This document shows, one piece after another, positions 50,794 to 61,378 of a DNA stretch of 64,000 nucleotides (positions within the stretch are counted from its first letter, which is position 1; every line of letters begins with the position of its first letter). The notes beneath the pieces are model-generated. The model was not told the DNA's origin. It was given only the letters and a program-made list of their open reading frames with translations, and did not search any database. The stretch is from Balanoglossus misakiensis (lineage: Eukaryota; Animalia; Hemichordata): assembly GCA_040954595.2 (NCBI GenBank), contig CM082586.2, positions 4,285,125 through 4,349,124 on the forward strand, given 5' to 3'. Made by a program: the position numbers and the translations under genes.

Positions 50794-53700
50794 TGGATAC
50801 AATTTGTTGCAAAAAAGAGTCATGTAGTTTTGAGTAAGATGGGTTTCGATTGGTGGGACCGTGACTCTGGTATGTCCAGTACATTATGTCGATTCTAATT
50901 TCTTTTTTTATACAGATGGAACTCATTACAAATAGATTAATTTTAGTCGGCTATTAATTTAATTTGAACGTTGAAGTCTAATGTTCACTCTTGAATTACA
51001 TAGTGAAAGTTTGCGACAATTTCCAGACCTACACCAAAATTTAATGTTATAATTCAGCTTTTGTGTAGTATTTGTATACCTACCTGTCCAGTGAAATTGA
51101 AACGTTTAATATATAATAAGCATTACTTTGTATTGCGAGATGCATTAAGTTAAAATTTTGTAAGAATTTGACTTTTGTGTAAAAAAGTATTAATCACCGC
51201 TTTTGCATAAACAGTGTCAAGTAAATTCTCTAGTGTTAATTAGAATCAGTTGACAACACGGAATCAACAACTTTATGTTTGTGACATTTTAAAATTTGAG
51301 CTGTGAGCCTCATCCACATATATATCAATGCTTGATGTATAGCAAGTTCATTCTTTTTCAACTTTTATCAGAGTTTTACTTTATGAGCGACTTTATCATT
51401 CTGCGTAACTATATCTTTGCTGTAGATACAAAGTTGAATTTGTTGTAGTGACAATAGGTGATATATAACACTTGTCTTAAATCTGTAGGCTGATTATATC
51501 TCAATAAATAAGAATATATTCCAGCAAAATATGTATTTGTAGTGTATGCGGTACAATAGGATGAATGTTGTGACTGTATAAAGTGTATTGGTAAAACACA
51601 TACAATCCCACAAACTTTGTGTTACAAGTGTTATTGGATAATTAAAGGTCTTTGATTAATGTGTTAGAAATGTTATCCAATGGTGTAATGTGTGAAGACA
51701 AAGATTCGCCAACTTAATTATAAGTTCATAATAGTGAAATAGGCATTGGTGACTTTTACACACAGCATGTGAAAGGTGTTGATGCCAAAACTATCCTCAG
51801 GAGAAAACCAGCAAAGCTATCACGGACCCACAGCCAACCCCCAAAAAAGCAAAAACTATCCAGTCTCCCTCATGTGCAAATTAATGCATTTTACATTTCC
51901 TTTTCACAAGCCCCCTTTTCAGTGAAACATCCATCTTGAATCAGATTGCAAGTTGTGTTAATAATGTGTGTGGTTTGGTTTGTCCACCATTTCTTTCCTA
52001 CAGGGATATTTCATGAAGCCAACAGTGGTGACGGGATTGTCCGACAATTCACGCTGTATGCAAGAAGAGATCTTTGGTCCAGTGGTCTGCATCACACCAT
52101 TTGACAATGAGAAAGAGGTCAGTCTGTCTGGGTCACGGACTTTTTATCTAGGGTTAGTGAGTGGGTGGGCCCCAAACAGACCTGGACTGCACAACTATCT
52201 TGTTTAGTTGGATGATGTATTGTTGCCATTTTAATGATAAAATTTGGAAACTATTTGCCATATCAGAGTAGTGACTAAAGGTACTTGATTTTGTAGGCAG
52301 TTCTGTGTTGTACAAACAATTATCATATCTCTTGATACCTGCATGTGTGTGTAGATGGGTGCATTGGTATTTGCATGACTAGGCAGATGAGCGCTCATGT
52401 AACCTTTGACCCTTTCTACCTGTCAGGTGATCGAGAGGGCCAATGGTGTCAAGTATGGCTTGTCGGCCTGTGTTTGGACAAAAGACGTCGGAAAGACCCA
52501 CCGAGTGGCACAGAAACTACATGCGAGTATTATCCACTGGCTGTTTATTTATCATGACTTTGTCAGCATTTGACTGATTCATCAACATAAAAACGTGCAA
52601 ATGGTATTTCAAAATTATAAAGCATATTTCGCAAGGGAGGATTTTGACCGCGAGTTGTCATTTTTCGCCAAAACTTGTTTCCTCCAGTGAGTGTCAGAAT
52701 GAGACACTGTGAATAACCAAGGAGTGTGTGAGATTTAAATGCATTTATTGTCCCTAACAGAAACTTTGGCATATTTTTTTATATCCAGGCCGGAACTGTA
52801 TGGGCCAACTGTTGGTTTATCCGGGATCTAAATATGCCATTCGGTGGAATGAAGTCCTCGGGAATAGGCCGGGAAGGAGGCAAAGATTCCGTGGACTTCT
52901 ACACAGAAGAAAAGGTCATCTGCATCAAGATGTAGAATCCCGGGAAGATGATGTGGAAAATTTTAAAATAGTACAGATAACCAATACATTGTACATTGAA
53001 GACAGTTACCTCAATGTTAAAATAAAGTATAGATACTGAATTAAAATTATGTGATGGGATAGGGGTTCAAGTTATGTTTGGTGAAATATATGGTTTTTAA
53101 AAAAAAATGTGAGTACATGCAACATGCATTGTTACCTTAATAAAGTTTGTTGAACACAGTACCGTAATTGATTCAATTTTTTGTGTAAGTGCAAGGTCAG
53201 TGCCCCCATAAATTTCATCCCTGTTAAGTATCAGCTGCCACACACATACATCAGCTGTGCAGTATGAATAAAACTGTCCAGATCAGGTTCAAAATAGCAT
53301 ACCATTGTTGAAGAAATGGCAATGGCCACAATTTGAGGTCACTTTGCTGACCTAATGCATAGATGAACTACCCAAATAAGTGACCAAGGTTTTTTCTTTT
53401 TTAATTTTGGATTTCTCAAAGTTGGCAACTACTAGGTCACGTGATACATTTTGTGTAAACAGCTGACAGACTATCATGTAGTCCTGACTTTAACAACGAG
53501 ACATCAAAGCATATTCTGTAATATTTAAACTAATACCAAGTTATTGTTTGATGGGCGTACAAACTGAGTTTCAAGTTATGTATAGCACGCCACGAACATC
53601 TGTGACACAAACCGTAGCATTTTTATGAATGCATGCAGGCCTCGCTGATTGATTATATAGCGCCCTCTATAGCACTGTTTGTCAATTACACTGATGGCAA

Positions 53701-54462
53701 ATTTTATTTTGTTTATAACTTCATTGATTTTTCGACCACAACCATAAAATTTTATGAGATTTTGTCGTTCCAAACATAGAACCTGTGTACGAAATTTAAT
53801 ATTAACCTGTACAGCAGGTCTTGAAATATCATGTAAACAAGTATAACCGACAGACAGACAGGCATGCTCACACTCGGAGAAAATGATATAACTTTTACCC
53901 CCACGTGATCATATGATCACGTGCGTTGATGATATAGAGAGCGTGGGGCGCCCTCCGTGCCCATTGTGTGCACATGGGCTCATTCTCCAACGAGTGTTGA
54001 AAGACAAATGTTGCCGTGTACACCAGACAATATTCAGGTAGGCCCTGTACGTTTCTTTAAATGTTTTTTGGGGTAGGAGGAAAGAGAGGGAGAGGTTAAG
54101 ATTGAATGATTAATTGATTCCCGATCTAAAAATAACAATTGAAACGACATATCTTAAAACAGTTTGAAGTATGTATTATTGATCGCGTGCAGATATGATG
54201 AAACAAGACAATTTTGAATTATTCCCTAGCCCATTAGTGACGACAATCGTCTGTGGTACTTCTTAAATACGTTATAACCATGTGCATTAAGCCTAATTCT
54301 CGTTTCTGTCAAACATCTAGCTTCTTGAAACTTACGTAAGACAAATTGGTATCGGCTGTGTTCTTACATAGACGAGTTAAAGGGCAAAAGTCGCCACGGG
54401 CGTTTAATGAAATACACGCTCATGTGTAGGACTATCCATTGGTTCTGCAAGTGGAGCATTTA

Positions 54463-55416
54463 GGGACCGTTCAGTTTTTACGGCCGGGGGGGGCGGCAAA
54501 ATCCAGGGGGGGTCACTTAAATTTTGAAGTCCAAAAGGGGGGGTCATCTGGTGTTTTTTTAAACGTTTAGGGGGGTGGGTCACATACTTTTGCCACCGAA
54601 CTTTTGCTTTTGAGTCCACAAAATTGCAGTTTCGCGCCCTTTATTTTACAAAATTTTCTAATGTGGGAGGAGGACACCCCCTCCCACACCCACACCCTTC
54701 ATTCTCCGCCACATTTCGTTTTTGCTGGTTTGTCTAGTGTACCAGGGCAGGTGCTTGCCACCCCAACCCCACCGATGATAATATTTAACAAAGTAAATAC
54801 ATAAAGGAGAAGAGAATAATCGTTTAAACAATTTCGCATAACTGATAGTTTCGCGCTGCATCTTCTATATACTAGAAGTTTTAAAAATGATGTCATGACG
54901 AAGATGACGCCAAATCTTCTTACTTTGAGTGGAGTGGCAAAAAGTAAAATTGGTCCTCCCAAACATTGAGATAATTTGCTTTTGAGTTCATTTAAATGCA
55001 ACTTTGAGCACCGTATTGTACAAAATTTTCTTATGTGGGAGGGAGACACCCACCCCCGCCACTTTTCTTGTTTTACCAATTCTAGCAACAATTGTATTGA
55101 CTTGTCATTTTAATTTGGTCATAGATTTCTTAATTGCAACAATATACTATTATATACTTCAATAATACTATAAAAAAAGTTATAATTGAGGTGTGAGGAG
55201 CCTCATTCCCTTTATTGCATACAGTATACATAGGATCAGGACGGCTAATGTTTTCGGCGTGGGGGGGGGGGGTTATCATATTTTTGGGTCTGTCAAAGGG
55301 AGGTCATCATTTTTTGGTCATGGGTGAATGGGGGGGGGGGGGTCGGCCTGATTTTGAAAACCGATGACACAAACTTGCCGCCCCCCCCCCCCGGGCCGTA
55401 AAAACTGAACGGTCCC
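54463..55416. mobile_element. Second copy of the PIF/Harbinger-like element, at the unit 2/3 junction
   Basis: Same TIRs and TTA flanks (54460-54462, 55417-55419); one internal subrepeat fewer than the first copy. Confidence 0.85.
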
Positions 55417-56213
55417 TTACTACAGGAGACTGAATAAGTGGGTGTGGCACCCATTTATTAGTGACCTTATTCACATTTAAATGTACAGCCACAATCCGAG
55501 TTTGATTAAATTTTGGGAACATATGCCCAATGGCATAAGTAAGCATATTTAAATGGACCAGTGATAAGTTTTGTATAAACAACAAAACTACATGTAAATG
55601 AAACTTTTATTTTTCCCCCCAAGATGGTCGACAACTCCAGCTCCGGAACGTTGATCGCGGATCATGCATAAAATAGCTGATATCCTGGAATCCAGACTGG
55701 AAGAGTTTGCCAAGATGGACTCCAGGGACCAGGGCAAGCCGGTCTCACTGGCCAGGAGTGTGGATATTCCCAGGGCCGTCTACAACTTCCGGTTCTTTGC
55801 GTCAACTACTAGTATTCTACATGTTAAAATCAGTAAGTGGGTCCTTGTCAGTAATATTCAAACGCTCATGTACATGACAAAAACTTGCTGAATGAAGATA
55901 TATATTATTCCAATGTATTTTTGCAGATCAACAGTCATGGAAGACAGGGGTTGTATCAACTACACAACTCGTACGCCCGTCGGTGTGGCTGGTTTGATTA
56001 GCCCGTGGAATTTGCCGTTGTACTTGTTAACTTTCAAGATAGCTCCGTGCATATAGCAACCGGGAATACGTGTACGCGTGTGTGTGTAAAGATGAGCGAG
56101 ATGACCTCGGTGACAGCATGGATGCTGGTGTTGAATGAAGCTGGTAAGTGTTCTTGATGGTGGTAAGTGTTAATTCGAATTTGGTATACAGTAAGTCAGC
56201 ATCTGCATGATGC

Positions 56214-56913
56214 TGAAATAGACTTACTGAATGGCTCGCTTTGGTGAACCTACCAGCGCAGCACGCAACAAAGACGGTCAACAACAGGCACACCACACGT
56301 TATTTCCTTGCTTATGGAAACTTTTTAATTACTACAACTAAACATTGGTAAATATAAAATGACTGTACACTGAGGAAAAAACACAGTAAAAATAAATGAC
56401 TACCTTAAATGTGACCAGGTGTGGGAAATGAAAAACTAAAGTCCAAGCTTCCGTAGCGCACGACGAACGCGACCAGCACCACGGCAGTCCCAACAGCGAC
56501 GTTCAGTCCGAGTAGCGTTCTGGCACAATTCCCCGGTAGACGGCACGGCTTTCGGACGAATTCCCCATGAGGTAGCACGACTTCTGGGCGCGGTTTCCAG
56601 ACCAGGACAGCATGAAACAACACGGCTTCTGGGCGCGGTTTCCAGACCAGGACAGCATGAAATACAGCACAGCTTCTGGGGGCGGTTTCCTGCAGACCAG
56701 TGTATCAGGAAATAAGGCTTCCAAGCCGGCGAGGAACAGAACAGCTCACACGGGCAAGTCCAAATTAGTAGCTACGCTGCAACACAACGTGCGGGCTTTT
56801 TATATGGGGAAAATAATGAATGCACCACACCTGGTCAAGCAAATATTCAAATTACGAAATCAAGCGAAAACACACCTGGTCACAAAACAACAGCAAACTT
56901 CTCCTACGTAACA
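56214..56913 (-). mobile_element. Probable solo LTR, duplicated copy in unit 3
   Basis: Same sequence and site as 45560-46257; flanks ATGC / GTGC. Confidence 0.6.
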
Positions 56914-58708
56914 GTGCTGTATTATGTATATTATTATATACCACCATATTCTGTGGGGATGGTGACACAAGAAAGTGTTCGTGACCAGACTCAATGTTTT
57001 CACCATCAGGTTTACCAGCTGGAGTTGTGAATATAGTGTTTGGAACGGGACCTCGCGCTGGCAGTGCCCTGGTCAAACACCCTGATGTGCCACTTGTGTC
57101 CTTCACTGGAAGTACACCCACTGCTGAGAAAATCAGACAAGACTGTGCGCCTTACTGTAAAAAGTTATCATTAGAGGTCAGTCAATCGGTCATTATGAAC
57201 TCGGAATAGTGTATTTAGTGACTAATGCCTTTGTGAAATCCTTAAATATTGCCGTAATAAGACAATTTTCAGTCTGTCAGATTGATGCACATAATGATCG
57301 ACGGACACATTCTGTTTGACTCTCAGCTCGGTGGAAAGAACCCTTGCATCATATTCGATGATGTGAATTTAGACGAGTGTGTCGCCACCAGTGTGAAGTC
57401 GAGCTTCGCCAACCAGGGCGAGATCTGTCTCTGCAGTAGTAGGATCTTTGTACAGAAGGGTGTCTATGATGCTTTTCTGGAGAAATTTGTCGAAGAGGCC
57501 AGGTCAGTGTGCCAGGACTACTAGGATTCTTTTCAGTGCATCGGTTTCGATGTTGAATGCATCACCACCACCATGGTTTGGTCCAAATCCATAATGGCAG
57601 ACCTGGCATTTTGTTCTTCTCTTGCAGGAAAATCAAAGTCGGCGTACCGTACGAGGACGCCACGAATATGGGAGCTCTTGTCAGCAAAGAACATCTAGCA
57701 AAGGTCAAAGGCTATGCCAGTCTTGCAAGGGAAGACGGCGGAACGGTCCATTGTGGCGATGGGGTGGATCCTGAACCGGACTTGCCAGCGAAACACAGAG
57801 GGGTAAGTTTAACACTTTAGTATTCACTGTGATTGTCTGATATGAAACTCTTCCCACTCCTGACCCGAAATCTGATGGAACCATGTAATTAAGTTATTTC
57901 TTGGTGATGCAAAGATTGTTCATCTTCCTGTCTTTTATTAGCATTTTCCTAGTTTGTCCTTTGGACATGTCTTCAAAAACTGTCCCAGATTCATATAACT
58001 TTCTTAGAATTCGAAATAAGACAATTTATACAAACTAAGAAATGAGAAAAATGTTCCTTAAACTTTTGACTGCAATTGTGAAAAAACAAATCAGTCTTTC
58101 TGGGTAAGACATACACTTTTTCAAGTACATGTAAATCATTCTAAATGCGTCCTTTTATTTAAAGATGCAAAAGAAACAAACACAGATTTGGGAGATACAA
58201 ATGTCAAATTCATATAATGAGCTTTCCATTGATGTGTTGGTCTTTGGTTGGGGCTAGAATAATTTGGGAGTTTATTATCCAAATACACATTTATAAGTTG
58301 GTTAAAATTGATGTTTCTTTAGAGACAATGGAACGCATGCACAGATGTCCAGCAATGACCAGCTTTCTCATTTTGGCAATTTCACCCCCCAAAAAATCAT
58401 TAGATAAAAATTCCGGCTAATAAAACGGTATCAATCAAGTGTTTATGCATATCGCCTGACTATCGACCTGCTTGAAGTCCTGATCAATCTGATATGCCAG
58501 TCCACTGCAATAACCTTTACCATCTAGTTGAATACCATGATTGATCAATAAATAACGGAGTGTCTAATCAGTGTGTCGGGGCACTGGCTATTGACAGGCG
58601 CCTCACAATAGCCTCGGCCCGAACTTTGTACTCATCGCAGCCATTAACAAAAGCTGTAACCTCTACGAGCTCGCGTCTGTAAATTTCCAAAATCAATTTG
58701 TATCAACA

Positions 58709-61378
58709 ATGACTACCGCTATTCCGAAACCAAATCTGTTAGATGTTCTGGAGAAAGTTGGTGAAGGCTCACTGTACTGTCTGGCTTGCTCGAAGTTACT
58801 GAAGAATCCAAAATGTCTGCCGTGCCTTCATACATTTTGTGAAGGCTGTCTGATACCAGCGGACGAGAAACAAGAAAATCTGGTGTGTAAGGCCTGCGGT
58901 AAACAGCACGTAATTCCTGATAATGGCATAAAGGAGTTTAAAGATAACCCCTTTATGAAGTCTCTGCTACAAGAAGTTGCAAAGCTGGAGAAGCAACTCA
59001 GTGATCGTGCCGATGACTTGGGTAACTGCCGATGTGAGATGGGCACCCATGCTAAGCATATCTGCATAGGATGTCCACAGAAGTGTTGTGATGTGTGCGT
59101 CGTTCAACACCGAGATGATCACTCGCATCTGGTGGTTACTTTAGCAGAGAGGAAGGTGGACAACAGATCAGCGTTGTCTTGCACCATTCACAAGGAAGAG
59201 GAGGTGAAATTATTTCGTGTCATAGACCAGATGCCAGTGTGTGTCTTCTGTGCTGTCACCAAGCATGACAAGAATTTCCTCAAAGATCTGACTGATTCCC
59301 TGGTAAAGGAAAAGGCGGAAGACTTGGTACGTGAGGTACGTAAATTAGAGGGCAAGGCCCACGAAGCTGAGAGGAGTGGAAACGACATCGCAGCCAACAG
59401 CGAAATGGTAGAAAATACCAACAGGCGAGAAAAAGAGAAGCTGAAAGAGAAAGTCCGGGAGATTAGAAAAGTAATCGCAAGGGAAGAGCAGAGACTGGCA
59501 GATGTACTTACAGAAGCTAACGACACAAAAGTGAAAGATAATCAAACGAGGATGGCGCAACTGGAGATGACGTACGGGTACATCTCAGTCCTTTGCACTT
59601 ATGTAGAGAGTATGCTGCAGCAAGGGAAAGAAGGTGGAATTGAACTGCTGAAAAAAAGAGCCAGCCTGATGACCTGCGTGAAACAGGTGCGTGACACAGA
59701 TACTCAGCCAGGAATTGATAAAGTACCATCCACGTTTCAACCCAATAATAACGTGAGTGTCCCTGGGGTGCTTGGTCAACTGACACATACGAAGAAATCA
59801 GCATTCAACAGGTTGAATCTCGCAACACTCATGAACATTGTTGTACAAATACTTCTTGTTGTGGTGGTATGTCGGGTGTGGGATCACGGTCTGCCATGGC
59901 TTGCCGCAACCGGACCAAACTATGCAATACACGGTTCTGATGTAGTTGTCACAAACACTGGGGATGTCAAAGTTCCCAGAGGTGACTACACCAGTTTGCT
60001 GGTGAAAACCAAAGACAACCAGAGCGATCTGGTGGTACCATGTCACAAATTAATTGCCCAACAAAGGAATTATGACCAGCATGTTCTGTCAAAACTCCCA
60101 GTGGTTGACAACAACAATGGAACATGCAGTGTCACTGTACCGGGACAAGTAATTGGTAACTATAAAGTAACCATGGCGATTGGAAACCAAGCCATACAGG
60201 GTTCGCCAGTTGATATTTCTGTTATAATGGATGGATTCATGAAGTACGCAACCAGTGGCTCAGCCATAATTGTCACAAACACTGATGTTGTCAAAGTTCC
60301 CAGAGGTGACTACACCAGTTTGCTGGTGAAAACCAAAGACAACCAGAGCGATCTGGTGGTACCATGTCACAAATTAATTGCCCAACAAAGGAATTACGAC
60401 CAGCATGTTCTGACAAAACTCCCAGTGGTTGACAACAACGATGGAACATGCAGTGTCATCCTGCAGGGAATAATTGTTGGAAACTATAAAGTAACCATAG
60501 CGATTGGAAACCAGGCCATAAAAGGGTCGCCACTTAGTATATCAATCACACAACTCTGGAAAACTATAGGAAGTGCTGGGTCTTCATATGGACAATTCCA
60601 ATCCCCATATGGCTTGGCTGTAACAAAAGACTCAGATTTGGTAATTGCTGATACACACAACAATAGATTACAAGTAGTAAAAATAGATGGAAATGTCAAG
60701 AAAAGTTTGTCATTTTACAAAGACGAAAAATTAACAGAAATTTGGCCACATGATTTAGCAATATCAGATGATAATAAATATTTTATAACAGATCGTATTA
60801 ATAGAGAAATAGTTGTAAGTGATGACAGTGGGGAAATTTTACAAACTTTTGGCAAGAACAGACTCATGTACCCTCGCTGTATTGTCATTAGCCCAATCAC
60901 TGGCAGTGTTTATGTATCAGACGTCGGCATGCATGTTTTATGGAAATACACACAGGATGGCAAGTACATTAAATCAATCGGAAGTTATGGAAAGGGCCAT
61001 GGCCAGTTTGATTCACCTTTATTCATGGCATTTGACAGATTTGGAAACTTGTTCGTATGTGATATTTATAACGCGCGTGTCCAGGTGTTTGATTCAAATG
61101 ATCAGTTTGTACGTGCATTTGGCACCTACAGAGATGGAAACGGACAGTTAAAATATCCAATTGGAATAGTCGTTAGTGAGGATGACTTTGTGTATGTAAG
61201 TGATTCTTATGCTGTCACTGTTAACAAATTTGACACCAATGGCAACTTTATCAGCCGTATTGACGATGACAGTGATGGGTTAAAATTTCCACGTGGGCTT
61301 GCTCTGATAAAGGATGAACCTAATCGTCTTGCTGTTGTTGACTCCACAGGTAATTGTATCAAAGTATTTGTTGTATAG
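58709..61378 (+). CDS. Nested intronless TRIM-NHL E3 ligase copy 3, 889 aa, same architecture as copy 2
   Basis: Uninterrupted ORF collinear with copy 2; differences cluster in the RING region and the NHL repeats. Confidence 0.92.
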   Translation: MTTAIPKPNLLDVLEKVGEGSLYCLACSKLLKNPKCLPCLHTFCEGCLIPADEKQENLVCKACGKQHVIPDNGIKEFKDNPFMKSLLQEVAKLEKQLSDRADDLGNCRCEMGTHAKHICIGCPQKCCDVCVVQHRDDHSHLVVTLAERKVDNRSALSCTIHKEEEVKLFRVIDQMPVCVFCAVTKHDKNFLKDLTDSLVKEKAEDLVREVRKLEGKAHEAERSGNDIAANSEMVENTNRREKEKLKEKVREIRKVIAREEQRLADVLTEANDTKVKDNQTRMAQLEMTYGYISVLCTYVESMLQQGKEGGIELLKKRASLMTCVKQVRDTDTQPGIDKVPSTFQPNNNVSVPGVLGQLTHTKKSAFNRLNLATLMNIVVQILLVVVVCRVWDHGLPWLAATGPNYAIHGSDVVVTNTGDVKVPRGDYTSLLVKTKDNQSDLVVPCHKLIAQQRNYDQHVLSKLPVVDNNNGTCSVTVPGQVIGNYKVTMAIGNQAIQGSPVDISVIMDGFMKYATSGSAIIVTNTDVVKVPRGDYTSLLVKTKDNQSDLVVPCHKLIAQQRNYDQHVLTKLPVVDNNDGTCSVILQGIIVGNYKVTIAIGNQAIKGSPLSISITQLWKTIGSAGSSYGQFQSPYGLAVTKDSDLVIADTHNNRLQVVKIDGNVKKSLSFYKDEKLTEIWPHDLAISDDNKYFITDRINREIVVSDDSGEILQTFGKNRLMYPRCIVISPITGSVYVSDVGMHVLWKYTQDGKYIKSIGSYGKGHGQFDSPLFMAFDRFGNLFVCDIYNARVQVFDSNDQFVRAFGTYRDGNGQLKYPIGIVVSEDDFVYVSDSYAVTVNKFDTNGNFISRIDDDSDGLKFPRGLALIKDEPNRLAVVDSTGNCIKVFVV

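Larger units (their letters stand above)
44980..52935 (+). pseudogene. ALDH8A1: ALDH8A1 pseudogene copy 2 (exons 2-9 only)
   Basis: No exon 1; in-frame TGA inserted at ~45008; 5-nt insertion ~45028; 1-nt deletion ~45181; 2-nt insertion giving TAG ~45403; exon-6 donor GT>AT at ~47159; exon-8 donor GT>GC at ~52523. Confidence 0.92.
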
